NCBI GenBank assembly: GCA_007376265.1
Contig: VMFW01000004.1
Span: 1 to 48,023, forward strand
Origin: Parcubacteria group bacterium Gr01-1014_20
GTDB lineage: Bacteria; Patescibacteriota; Minisyncoccia; UBA6257; 2-01-FULL-56-20
Direction of reading: 5' to 3'
Length of the DNA stretch: 48,023 nt
Of the stretch, positions 7,789 to 16,232 are shown piece after piece. Under the pieces are notes generated by a model. The model was given only the letters and a program-made list of their open reading frames with translations. It was not told where the DNA came from and ran no database searches. Both the position numbers and the translations under genes were made by a program. The first letter of the stretch is position 1; the number at the start of each line of letters is the position of its first letter.

Positions 7789-10305
7789 ATGAGAATCGAA
7801 GAGCCGCCAATCTCAGGAGTTTCGGGGGAATCAGATGAAGATCTGTCTTTTTTAGAAAAAGGCGAAGGAAAACTCGAATCACAAAGAGGAAATGGAGCCG
7901 TCAGGAAAGTTTCACCGATAGATTCCCGGAGATATAGAATTCAGGATCTCGCCTCTCGATCAACCCAGCAAGAAGCCGGAAAGCTAATAAATTTTTATGG
8001 GCGTTTTCAGCCCGAGATCACAAACCCCACCGAACTAACCGAAGCCAACTATATTTCTGCGTTGAGGGGCGTAGCTTCCGAAAGCTCAGAAGTAAAACCA
8101 GATTATTTTGAAAAAATTTTTGGATTTCTGAGCGGAGCCGTTGCCGGTGAGGTTTTAGATGCCAAATTTACCGAGCCGCCTAGCCCAAGGGAGCTTTACC
8201 AGATGATGTCCTTGGTTTACGCGAGAGTTGCGGCTCTAGCGCTTTACGAGAAACAAACCTCCCAAGCTTTTGCCGAAATCGAAAATTTCAACAGTTTCCT
8301 AGATCTACAAGTCACCGAAAAAACCAAAAGTAAAGAAGCTAATTTTATTGGAACCTTAAAATATGACCTCCTGCAACTTAAGGAAAGTATCACTACCGAA
8401 AAGGACGTGATGGTCGAAGATCTGCCAGCGAGTGCCGATGAGTTTAGTATTTTTAGCTTAAAACACAACCGATCACGGAAAATACCGGCTTTTAAAACCT
8501 TACTCCAGGAGAGACTCCGGTGGCACGCCGCGTTAAACCTTGCCCTTAATATCTCCGAAACTGTGATAGAAGGCGATCAAGATCAGGGAGAACTATGGGT
8601 TCAAAGCGGTCCCTCGGTAGATAGCTTGTCTAAAATTATCTCAACCAACTATAAAGACAGCCTTGATTTGTATCAGACCGTCGAAAAAAATGACACACCC
8701 GTCTACTGGGAGGCCAAAGAAAGACTCGACGGCCTCGAGTCCTTCCGAAACGTGGTTTTTGGTCGAGATGGACTTTTCTTTTTCACCGCCCTCAAAGCGG
8801 CCGATTTTGGTCATGGCCAACAAGACCTAAAGTATATTGTCGTCACTCGAAATATCCTGAGCTTGGATGAGGGTGGTGACGCAAAAAGAATTAAAGAAAA
8901 AGTTACCAGATATTTAAAAGAAAACGGAGTTACTCTAGATTTTACATTTATTGATACCGGTTTCATTGGAAGCATTCCCGAATTCGCAATTTCCTGTCTT
9001 GCAGAGGAGGGGGACACCAAACTGTCCGAGGACGAAATAGATCAAAAAATAACCCTCCTTTCCTCGAATCGTCTTGGTCGTCGTGAGTTATCAAGGAGGG
9101 GGACATCCGAGCGTCGTAGCGCTCAACGATCTGCGGTTGGCGGCATCGAGGATCGTCCCCAGGCTATCAATTCACCTTCGCGTCTCTGTCTAGACGAGAA
9201 GGGACGCTTAGTTCCAGAGAAGGTGCCAAATTCGATTTCCGCTCAGCTTCAGGCTTGGGTCGTTGAGCACACGGTGATGCGTAATTTTTCGCCAAGAGTA
9301 GATGCCAAAAAAAAGATTCCGACAGAAAAGCCAGACCCACTTGAGGGTTACACCTACGTGGAAGATTTTCGAGGACCCAGTATTAGCACCCATCCGATTG
9401 AGTTAAGAATTAACGAAGCCGGAGAAAAATTTTTAATCAAATCCGGTCCCGACCACACTGTGAGAGCCGAGCTTGTGAGTGCTAAACTATTTGAGAGACT
9501 TCACCTTAAAACCTTACATCGGGGGGAGGAAAAATCTCCAGAAGTTGCAGAAACAAAGTTGATAGAAACTGATAGTGGGCCGAAAATCCTCATCCGCTTC
9601 ATTGAAGATATGCAACCATGCACCCTGAAGCTGCCAGAATCGCCGATTGTGAAGAAAAAAGTCCAACTCGGTTTTGTAATCGACGCTCTTCTTGGTCAAT
9701 ACGATCGCACTCCGTGGAACATTATGGTCGGAGGGAATAATAGGGTCGCTTTTATTGATCACGGCGGAAGTCTGTTCTCGAGGGCTCGGGGTGGTTTTAA
9801 GGGCTTCCCGGCTAACTTATCAATTGGTGAAATCAAAGCCATGATGGACAACCCTCAGTTCCCAGGGACGCCGGTCAACGAAGCCTATGCAGGAATTTTT
9901 GACGTAAAAACCGATTCGTTGAGATTGGATTCCTTGAAAATAAAAGATGCAGATTCTCGAGATGCCATAAGTATCGGTTACGAGTTTCTGCTCAATCTTC
10001 GGGACGAAGAGATAGAAGAGGTTGTCGATTCAGCTGGGTTTTTAGATGGCCGGCGATCAATCCGATCTTTAGAGAGCAAGATAAAATCACTAGAGAAAGA
10101 GCTGGAGCATATCGCCCCAGGAAGTCGTGACTACAGGATGACCAAGGAGGCCATTATGACCTTCAAAGCCATGATTAAAGCTGGAGGGGAGGCTAACTAC
10201 CTCAAAAAAGCCATCGCCAGTAGAAAGAAGAGCTTGCAAGATCTTTTTGCTACGGTTCTCAGGGGGTTTGGGAGAGGAAGTGGTCACTTTTCTGACTGGC
10301 CATAA
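7789..10305 (+). CDS. large hypothetical protein (838 aa) with C-terminal PI3K/PI4K-like atypical kinase core
   Basis: GFVIDALLGQYDRTPWNIMVGGNNRVAFIDHGGS (about nt 9682-9772) matches a DRxxxN catalytic loop plus an ID(F/H)G metal-binding loop. Upstream, FLIKSG...RAELVSAKLF fits the Lys/Glu pair. The N-terminus is acidic and disordered, and no signal peptide is present. Confidence 0.75.
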   Translation: MRIEEPPISGVSGESDEDLSFLEKGEGKLESQRGNGAVRKVSPIDSRRYRIQDLASRSTQQEAGKLINFYGRFQPEITNPTELTEANYISALRGVASESSEVKPDYFEKIFGFLSGAVAGEVLDAKFTEPPSPRELYQMMSLVYARVAALALYEKQTSQAFAEIENFNSFLDLQVTEKTKSKEANFIGTLKYDLLQLKESITTEKDVMVEDLPASADEFSIFSLKHNRSRKIPAFKTLLQERLRWHAALNLALNISETVIEGDQDQGELWVQSGPSVDSLSKIISTNYKDSLDLYQTVEKNDTPVYWEAKERLDGLESFRNVVFGRDGLFFFTALKAADFGHGQQDLKYIVVTRNILSLDEGGDAKRIKEKVTRYLKENGVTLDFTFIDTGFIGSIPEFAISCLAEEGDTKLSEDEIDQKITLLSSNRLGRRELSRRGTSERRSAQRSAVGGIEDRPQAINSPSRLCLDEKGRLVPEKVPNSISAQLQAWVVEHTVMRNFSPRVDAKKKIPTEKPDPLEGYTYVEDFRGPSISTHPIELRINEAGEKFLIKSGPDHTVRAELVSAKLFERLHLKTLHRGEEKSPEVAETKLIETDSGPKILIRFIEDMQPCTLKLPESPIVKKKVQLGFVIDALLGQYDRTPWNIMVGGNNRVAFIDHGGSLFSRARGGFKGFPANLSIGEIKAMMDNPQFPGTPVNEAYAGIFDVKTDSLRLDSLKIKDADSRDAISIGYEFLLNLRDEEIEEVVDSAGFLDGRRSIRSLESKIKSLEKELEHIAPGSRDYRMTKEAIMTFKAMIKAGGEANYLKKAIASRKKSLQDLFATVLRGFGRGSGHFSDWP

Positions 10306-10340
10306 AAATAATGGAAGACCTTTTTACTAAGTGAGTAAGC

Positions 10341-10369
10341 TTGACAAATAGCTAAATATAAGGTATAAT
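10341..10369 (+). promoter_or_regulatory. perfect consensus sigma70 promoter
   Basis: TTGACA (10341-10346), 17 nt, TATAAT (10364-10369). Confidence 0.8.
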
Positions 10370-10476
10370 ACAAGCAGAAGTTTGAAATGTAATCGTTGGC
10401 AGTTTTTGGCGAGTTTTTAGCTCCTCAAAGACTGTCAACGAATAAGCAGTAAAAACACCAAGAAAAGGAGAAAGCC

Positions 10477-11196
10477 GTGAAGAAAATTTCTGCCATCGTC
10501 GCCATCCTGGTTACTTTATTCGCGTTCAGCGCGAGCGCCAACAGCCAGCAAATCTCAACCGCGATCAATGTGTTTGACAAGTACATTGCCTCGCCGGGGT
10601 TCGTACCTCACGACGGCACAGTCGTTCAGACCGACGTCGTTCTTTCGGCAACCAACGGGTTCTCTTTGGAGGTCTGGGGGTCGTCGGGAACCGATTTCAA
10701 ACCCAATTTTGGGCGCGAGATCGATGTGACAGTCGCCTGGTCAAACGCACATGTTGGATTGGCTTTATCAATTTTCGATCTGAACAACGTGCTCAGTGCG
10801 AAGACGACCGACATTGTTCAGCCTTCCATCGAGCTTCACCAGTTCGTCACTGCCGGCAGTCACAGTTTTACTGCCTACGCGCGCGCTGAATACAACGCCT
10901 GCACACGCAGTTTTGTCCTCAACTCCGCCGCGAATGGCATCGTTGGCCTGAAGCACAATTGGCAAGTAAGCTCGGTCTTCTCCACGAGTCAAAAATTGCA
11001 AGTTCTCTATAATGATGGAATTTTTGGCAGCCAGAGTGGATTTATCACTCGGTTCGATCTGGGGGTTTCGGCTAAAGTATCCGAGGCCGTCAGTCTGAAT
11101 GGGATGGTGAAAAATTCCATTCCGTCGCGATCGTTGACTGATCGCAGAGAGATTACCGCTTTTGGCTTCGGTGTTTCATCGAATTTCCCGCTCTAA
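10477..11196 (+). CDS. secreted beta-rich protein, Gcw_chp/porin-like outer-membrane beta-barrel candidate
   Basis: GTG start with an AAAGGAG SD. Signal peptide MKKISAIVAILVTLFAFSASA. An alternating beta pattern is present. ISTAINVFDKYI...GFSLEVWGSSGTDF...GREIDVTVAW parallels Gcw_chp family N-termini. Aromatic residues lie near the C-terminus (SSNFPL). Confidence 0.7.
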   Translation: MKKISAIVAILVTLFAFSASANSQQISTAINVFDKYIASPGFVPHDGTVVQTDVVLSATNGFSLEVWGSSGTDFKPNFGREIDVTVAWSNAHVGLALSIFDLNNVLSAKTTDIVQPSIELHQFVTAGSHSFTAYARAEYNACTRSFVLNSAANGIVGLKHNWQVSSVFSTSQKLQVLYNDGIFGSQSGFITRFDLGVSAKVSEAVSLNGMVKNSIPSRSLTDRREITAFGFGVSSNFPL

Positions 11197-11213
11197 TGAG
11201 CGGCGAGTTCTCC

Positions 11214-11247
11214 GGGTCCGCATCGTTCAGGTGCGGACCCTTTTTTT
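11214..11247 (+). terminator. intrinsic terminator
   Basis: gggtccgca pairs with tgcggaccc, followed by T7. Confidence 0.85.
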
Positions 11248-11288
11248 CAAAATTTTTCATTTTAGATTATAATTACTCGTATAAATCC

Positions 11289-12296
11289 ATGAAAATCGCT
11301 TTTTACGAAATTGAGGGTTGGGAGGAAAAAATCATTCAGGAAAATTTTCCTAAGGACGAGGTTTTTATCAGTCACGAAAAAGTTGGCCCCCTAAATCTCC
11401 CAAACCAAAATAATTTCGAAGTTGTTTCTATTTTTGTAAACTCCAAAATCGATAAGAAAGTTTTAGATTCTTTCCCAAAAGTCAGGCTAATCGCCACCCG
11501 GTCCACCGGTTTTGATCATATTGACCTTGAAGCCTGTAAGGCGAGAGACATTAAGATAGCCTATGTTCCAGGTTACGGAGATAACACAGTGGCCGAGTTT
11601 ACCTTTGGCTTGCTTTTGAACCTAACCCGCAAAATATACGAGTCTATTGGTCAGATGAAAGAAACCGGATCTTTCTCCCTTCTTGGTATGCGGGGGACTG
11701 ATCTAAAGGGGAAAACCATGGGCGTGATTGGAACTGGCAGGATCGGTAAAGAAGTCATCAAAATTGCCAAAGGTTTTGGGTTAGGGATTGTTGCTTTCGA
11801 TCCTAAGCCAGATATTAATTTTGCCGCCGAGAATAAAGTTCGCTATTTGAGTCTAGACGAGCTCCTGGGGAGTTCCGACATTATCACCATCCATTGCCCG
11901 TATAACGCAAGCACCCACTATTTAATTAATCAAAAAAATATCTCTAAGATCAAACGAGGCGCCTACCTCATAAATACCGCGCGAGGCGGCATCGTTGAAA
12001 CTGAGGCTCTAATAGAGGCTCTTTCGAAGGGGATTCTAGCCGGTGCGGCTCTAGATGTGCTCGAAGAAGAAGGGGACACCAAAGACGAGTTGAACCTATT
12101 GAGAGGTGGCCATCCCAGAGAAGCAGCGCTGAAAACCATGCTTGAGAACCATATTTTAATGAAAATGGTGAACGTCCTCATCACTCCCCACAATGCTTTC
12201 AACTCTAATGAAGCCCTTTTGAGAATTTTAAGCCACACGCTTGAAAACATTCACTGCTTTGAAGAGGGCATAGAAAGAAATTTGGTTAAAATATGA
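11289..12296 (+). CDS. D-isomer-specific 2-hydroxyacid dehydrogenase (D-lactate/glycerate dehydrogenase-like)
   Basis: Start moved to the ATG at 11289 (MKIAFYEIEGW), because the track start at 11196 lies in the upstream terminator. Rossmann motif GVIGTGRIGKEV, then NTARGGIVE and TPHNAF catalytic His region. Confidence 0.85.
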   Translation: MKIAFYEIEGWEEKIIQENFPKDEVFISHEKVGPLNLPNQNNFEVVSIFVNSKIDKKVLDSFPKVRLIATRSTGFDHIDLEACKARDIKIAYVPGYGDNTVAEFTFGLLLNLTRKIYESIGQMKETGSFSLLGMRGTDLKGKTMGVIGTGRIGKEVIKIAKGFGLGIVAFDPKPDINFAAENKVRYLSLDELLGSSDIITIHCPYNASTHYLINQKNISKIKRGAYLINTARGGIVETEALIEALSKGILAGAALDVLEEEGDTKDELNLLRGGHPREAALKTMLENHILMKMVNVLITPHNAFNSNEALLRILSHTLENIHCFEEGIERNLVKI

Positions 12297-13501
12297 TTGC
12301 AAAAAAAGTCAGTATTCGCTCCATTTTCGATTCACGAGATGGCGAAACGATTGAAATTGAAATCAGAGACCAATTTGGCCAATCATCCATCGCTTCAGTC
12401 CCGTCTGGAAAAAGTCGAGGTGCAAACGAGGCTTCAGTTATTAGTTTTTCGACTGCAAAAAGAATTCTAGCCGGCCCATTTGGCCGCGAAATCAGTCGCC
12501 GAAACTTTAAAACAATCACTAGTTTCGATAAATTCCTCCTATCGTATGACCCCACTCCCCGGAAAGTAAAAATTGGTGGAAACCTAGCTCTTGGTCTCTC
12601 GATTGCCTTTACTAGGGGCCTTGCTGAAAAAAATAAGCAGAAGGTCTGGCAACTACTCAAGGCTGAGTTTTTTAAAAAAGATAAGTCTAGCCCGAAAACT
12701 CCGTATATATTTTCAAATCTAATTAATGGCGGTGAGCACGCCAACAACAACCTCGCTTTTCAAGAGTATATGGTAGTTTTGTTGCCTTCCGCCAATCCAG
12801 AAAAAGCCATCTCCAACCTCATTAATCTATACCAAGATCTAGGAACCGTCCTCACTAAAAGAATTAAGACCAAAAATCTTGCCCTCGGTGATGAAGGCGG
12901 CTATTCATTAAATTTTAAAAATAGTCTTGAGCCAATCTCTGTTCTCGAGATGATGATCCGTAAAGAAAAATATCGAGGGAAGTTTCTGATGGCACTTGAT
13001 TCGGCGGCCACTAGTTTCAAAACTAATCACGGTTATGATTTCGATGGGCACGAGCTAGGCCGCAACCAACTAAAGGAAAAATATTTAGAAATTTTCAAAA
13101 ACCACAAACTACTGTTTTCAATTGAAGATCCTTTCCAAGAAAAAGATTACGCTGGGTTCAAAAATCTTTTGGCCTCTTCCAGAAACAGGATGGTGGTAGG
13201 GGATGACCTCACCACGACTAACCCCCGATACATAGAAAAATTTGCCAAGGCTCGGTTTATTAACAGTTGTATTATTAAGCCAAACCAAATTGGCACCGTT
13301 TCAGAATCCTGTGCCGCAATCATCGTCGCGCGAAAAAACAACGTCAAAACTATTATTTCACATAGATCGGGAGAGACCGAGGATGTTTTTATCATTCACC
13401 TTGCCAAAGCTAGTAACGCTTTTGGTCTTAAGATTGGAGCGCCAATCAAGGAGAGAATGATAAAATTTAACGAACTTATACGTTTATATGCCAAAAAATA
13501 G
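12293..13501 (+). CDS. eno: enolase (phosphopyruvate hydratase), short divergent form
   Basis: 402 aa. Motifs: SGKSRGANEA, SIEDPF, VGDDLTTTN, IKPNQIGTVSE, SHRSGETED. ATGA overlap with the upstream dehydrogenase. Confidence 0.9.
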   Translation: MIAKKVSIRSIFDSRDGETIEIEIRDQFGQSSIASVPSGKSRGANEASVISFSTAKRILAGPFGREISRRNFKTITSFDKFLLSYDPTPRKVKIGGNLALGLSIAFTRGLAEKNKQKVWQLLKAEFFKKDKSSPKTPYIFSNLINGGEHANNNLAFQEYMVVLLPSANPEKAISNLINLYQDLGTVLTKRIKTKNLALGDEGGYSLNFKNSLEPISVLEMMIRKEKYRGKFLMALDSAATSFKTNHGYDFDGHELGRNQLKEKYLEIFKNHKLLFSIEDPFQEKDYAGFKNLLASSRNRMVVGDDLTTTNPRYIEKFAKARFINSCIIKPNQIGTVSESCAAIIVARKNNVKTIISHRSGETEDVFIIHLAKASNAFGLKIGAPIKERMIKFNELIRLYAKK

Positions 13502-13526
13502 TTTTGGAAAAACAACCAGTTCATAC

Positions 13527-13946
13527 ATGTCAAATTTACCAAAAGCCATCCATCTTCCTCTTGGTCGGTTTTCGCTATTTCTGATTTACTTCTGGTTCGG
13601 ATTTTTAAAAATTATTTCACTTAGCCCAGCCAGCCCTCTTGTAAGCACATTGCTCGAAAAAACCCTGCCCTTCCTACCAGTTAGCGGCTACATATTTGGT
13701 CTGGGAATTTTCGAGATGTTAATTGGTTTCTTATTTATTCTTCCCAAGATGGAACGACTTGCTATTTGCTTGTTCTTTGTCCACATGGGAATGACCACCT
13801 TACCGTTAATTTTCCTGCCAGCCGTCGTTTGGCAAACCACTTTTGTGCCAACACTCGAGGGGCAGTATATCATCAAAAATCTCGCTCTCGTTACCATTGT
13901 TTTTACGCTCTGGGCCAAACTCCCCCAAAGAAAAATAAGAATCTAG
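13527..13946 (+). CDS. DoxX/DUF417-like membrane protein
   Basis: ATG at 13527 avoids overlap with eno. Four hydrophobic helices are present. The family assignment is tentative. Confidence 0.55.
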   Translation: MSNLPKAIHLPLGRFSLFLIYFWFGFLKIISLSPASPLVSTLLEKTLPFLPVSGYIFGLGIFEMLIGFLFILPKMERLAICLFFVHMGMTTLPLIFLPAVVWQTTFVPTLEGQYIIKNLALVTIVFTLWAKLPQRKIRI

Positions 13947-13949
13947 CTA

Positions 13950-14159
13950 ATGCGTCCATCTTTTAAACTACCATTCTCCCTACTCACGGGTTTTCTTCTC
14001 TCCTTCGTGATCTATCAGTTCTTGTTTGAGAAAAAATGCACTTCCGGGCCGGCTCTCTTTCCCATTCATTGTACGTTTTTAGAAATCACCCTAATGCCCA
14101 GCCTGACAGTTGTCATCGCTATAATAATTTATTTATTAATTCCAAAAAATGACGATTAG
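13950..14159 (+). CDS. small two-TM membrane protein (69 aa)
   Basis: ORF-track entry with two hydrophobic segments. It overlaps the next gene by 11 nt. Confidence 0.45.
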   Translation: MRPSFKLPFSLLTGFLLSFVIYQFLFEKKCTSGPALFPIHCTFLEITLMPSLTVVIAIIIYLLIPKNDD

Positions 14160-14772
14160 TGAAAAACTTCAATTAACGTCGGAAGAAAAAAGGATTTTTG
14201 GAAAGCTAAATAGTCCGATGAAAATCCAAGACTATTTAGAAACGATCCCCATTAATTTTGAAAAGAGAGGCGAAACCTGTATGTCTCCCCGCCTCGTGGT
14301 TCGAGGACAAAAAGCCCATTGTTTTGAGGGGGCGCTTTTCGCGGCAGCGGCGCTCCTGTTTCACGGACAAAACCCCCTCCTTCTCGATCTAAAAACAATT
14401 GACGGAGACTTTGATCACGTTGTAGCATTGTTTCGTAAAGGAAAATTCTGGGGCTCCATCAGTAAGACTAATCATGCGGTCTTAAGATATCGGGAACCAG
14501 TTTACAAGTCCGTCCGAGAATTAGCCATGTCCTTTTTTCACGAGTATTTTCTAAACAACGGAAAAAAAACTATGCGCAGCTTTTCAAATGCTTTCAACCT
14601 AAACAGGTATCAAATAAAAGATTGGGTTATCTCTGAAAAACCTCTCTGGTTTATAGATAAGGATCTGGACATTTCTCCCCACCACCCCATCTTTCCTGGG
14701 AGAAAGACTATCGAGCTCAGGAAGGCCGATCCCGTCGAAATTAGGGCCGGAAAACTCACCACCTGGTCATAG
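14149..14772 (+). CDS. hypothetical protein, possible transglutaminase-like cysteine-peptidase fold
   Basis: A Cys...His arrangement (GQKAHCFEGALFAAAALL ... DFDHVVALF ... GSISKTN) is reminiscent of the papain/transglutaminase-like core. This is not verified. Confidence 0.6.
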   Translation: MTISEKLQLTSEEKRIFGKLNSPMKIQDYLETIPINFEKRGETCMSPRLVVRGQKAHCFEGALFAAAALLFHGQNPLLLDLKTIDGDFDHVVALFRKGKFWGSISKTNHAVLRYREPVYKSVRELAMSFFHEYFLNNGKKTMRSFSNAFNLNRYQIKDWVISEKPLWFIDKDLDISPHHPIFPGRKTIELRKADPVEIRAGKLTTWS

Positions 14773-14807
14773 TCAGTAACAAAAAAGACCCAAAAACGTA
14801 CCAATCC

Positions 14808-15356
14808 ATGAAGCTTTTTGAAGGTCAGGAGTTTAATAACTTAGCCCGGAAAATGAAAAAGGGTGATTCCGGGGCGGCCGAAAAACTTTACGAAAAACTT
14901 TTTCACAAAGTCTATGGCTTCTGTATGAATAGGGTTTCATCGAAAACCATCGCCGAAGATATCACTCAGGACATTTTCGTGAAGCTCGTTGAAAAAATCA
15001 GTTTTTTCGACGAGTCAAAGGGGAATTTTCTAGTCTGGTTTTGGCAAGTGGCCAGAAACACCGTGACCGACCATTATCGGAAAGGGAAAGATGTTGCCTT
15101 CTCGGACGTAAGCGAAGAGGCGCTCGAAGAGAAATCACCTATCAGTACGCATGAAAAACTAGATTACAAAATAGAGCTGGAAAAAATAGGATTTTTTATT
15201 AACTCAATGAAACCCGAAGATCAAGAACTTTTCAATCTGCATTTCGTTGCGGGTCTAAGTTATCGTGAAATTGCCGCTGTTCTTGGGCGAAGCGAAGGAT
15301 CTCTTCGAGTCGCCATCAGCCGACTAAAATCAAAAGTAAAAAGAAAATTCGCATAA
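14808..15356 (+). CDS. ECF-family RNA polymerase sigma factor (sigma-70 regions 2 and 4)
   Basis: Region 2 is AEDITQDIFVKLVEK...WFWQVARNTVTDHYRK. The region 4 HTH is LSYREIAAVLGRSEGSLRVAISRLKSKV. Confidence 0.9.
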   Translation: MKLFEGQEFNNLARKMKKGDSGAAEKLYEKLFHKVYGFCMNRVSSKTIAEDITQDIFVKLVEKISFFDESKGNFLVWFWQVARNTVTDHYRKGKDVAFSDVSEEALEEKSPISTHEKLDYKIELEKIGFFINSMKPEDQELFNLHFVAGLSYREIAAVLGRSEGSLRVAISRLKSKVKRKFA

Positions 15357-15358
15357 AC

Positions 15359-16159
15359 ATGAATTTAAAAAATATTTACAAGCCTAGCCCAGAATTTAAA
15401 ACTGAAACCAAGAACTTATTTTTAGCCAAGTTTGGCGAGAAATTTGGAAGTTATCAGAGGACCAACTTTGCCTTCAAGTACTTTATAAGGGGGATTGGCG
15501 TTGGCGTCTCTTTCGCGTTTATTTTAAGCGTGACTGCCATTTACGCTGACGGACGTAACGTTGGTCCAGAAAACATCCTCTATGGTTTTAAAAGATCGCA
15601 AGAAGCCGTTAGTATTACTTTTTCTAGTGATGAGGAAAAACCTGAAGCCCATGTTAGATTAGCCGAAAGACGCCTAAACGAGATCAAGGGGGTTCAAAAC
15701 AAAGATCCTAAAAGTCCTCTGATTGTGAGCTTAAAAAACGATCTAGCTCGAGAGATCAAAAGTTCAGTCAAGACCGTAAAGTCTAAGAAAGAGTCTAAGT
15801 TGGTTGGGGAAGGCCGGGTGCTCCCAGGGGTGGATAAGAGTTTGCCGACTGGAGTTGGGACAGAAACTTCCGAAGTGAATGAGTTGGGAGTTGACATGCC
15901 TCCTGCGAGAAGTAGTCAAAATTTACAGGCCACAAACGTAAGGGCAATCGATAAAAAAAGTTCCAGGCTGTGTCGATCGTGGGATCAAATTATCGGTGAT
16001 GACGGGGAGCTTATCTTCGAAGTAGTTAATAAAGACAGAGAACTCCGGGCTTGGTTTGAAGAAAACTGTTCCTCTAGTCTTCGCGAATCATCCGGAGAAG
16101 AAAGTCATATCGGAACCCCGCAAAAAGATTCAGAAAAGAGCCCTGGAAGCGATGATTAA
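15359..16159 (+). CDS. putative membrane-anchored anti-sigma factor (DUF5667-like)
   Basis: Starts 2 nt after the sigma gene. It has a single TM (GIGVGVSFAFILSVTAIYA) and an extracytoplasmic helical segment AHVRLAERRLNEIK. Confidence 0.6.
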   Translation: MNLKNIYKPSPEFKTETKNLFLAKFGEKFGSYQRTNFAFKYFIRGIGVGVSFAFILSVTAIYADGRNVGPENILYGFKRSQEAVSITFSSDEEKPEAHVRLAERRLNEIKGVQNKDPKSPLIVSLKNDLAREIKSSVKTVKSKKESKLVGEGRVLPGVDKSLPTGVGTETSEVNELGVDMPPARSSQNLQATNVRAIDKKSSRLCRSWDQIIGDDGELIFEVVNKDRELRAWFEENCSSSLRESSGEESHIGTPQKDSEKSPGSDD

Positions 16160-16232
16160 TTGAATCTTGTCTCGATACTAAAATTAGTATACAATCGAAC
16201 CTTATAGTCGATTATTAAATTTATCAATAAAG

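Noticed and set aside
11196-11288. Upstream extension of the dehydrogenase ORF (track start at 11196).
   Set aside because: The extension would be translated from within the terminator hairpin of the preceding gene. The homologous N-terminus (MKIAFYEIEGW, compare MKTQFYSIKPW in the stump) begins at 11289.
12286-12750. 154-aa minus-strand ORF.
   Set aside because: It is antisense to the enolase N-terminus and has no translation signals.
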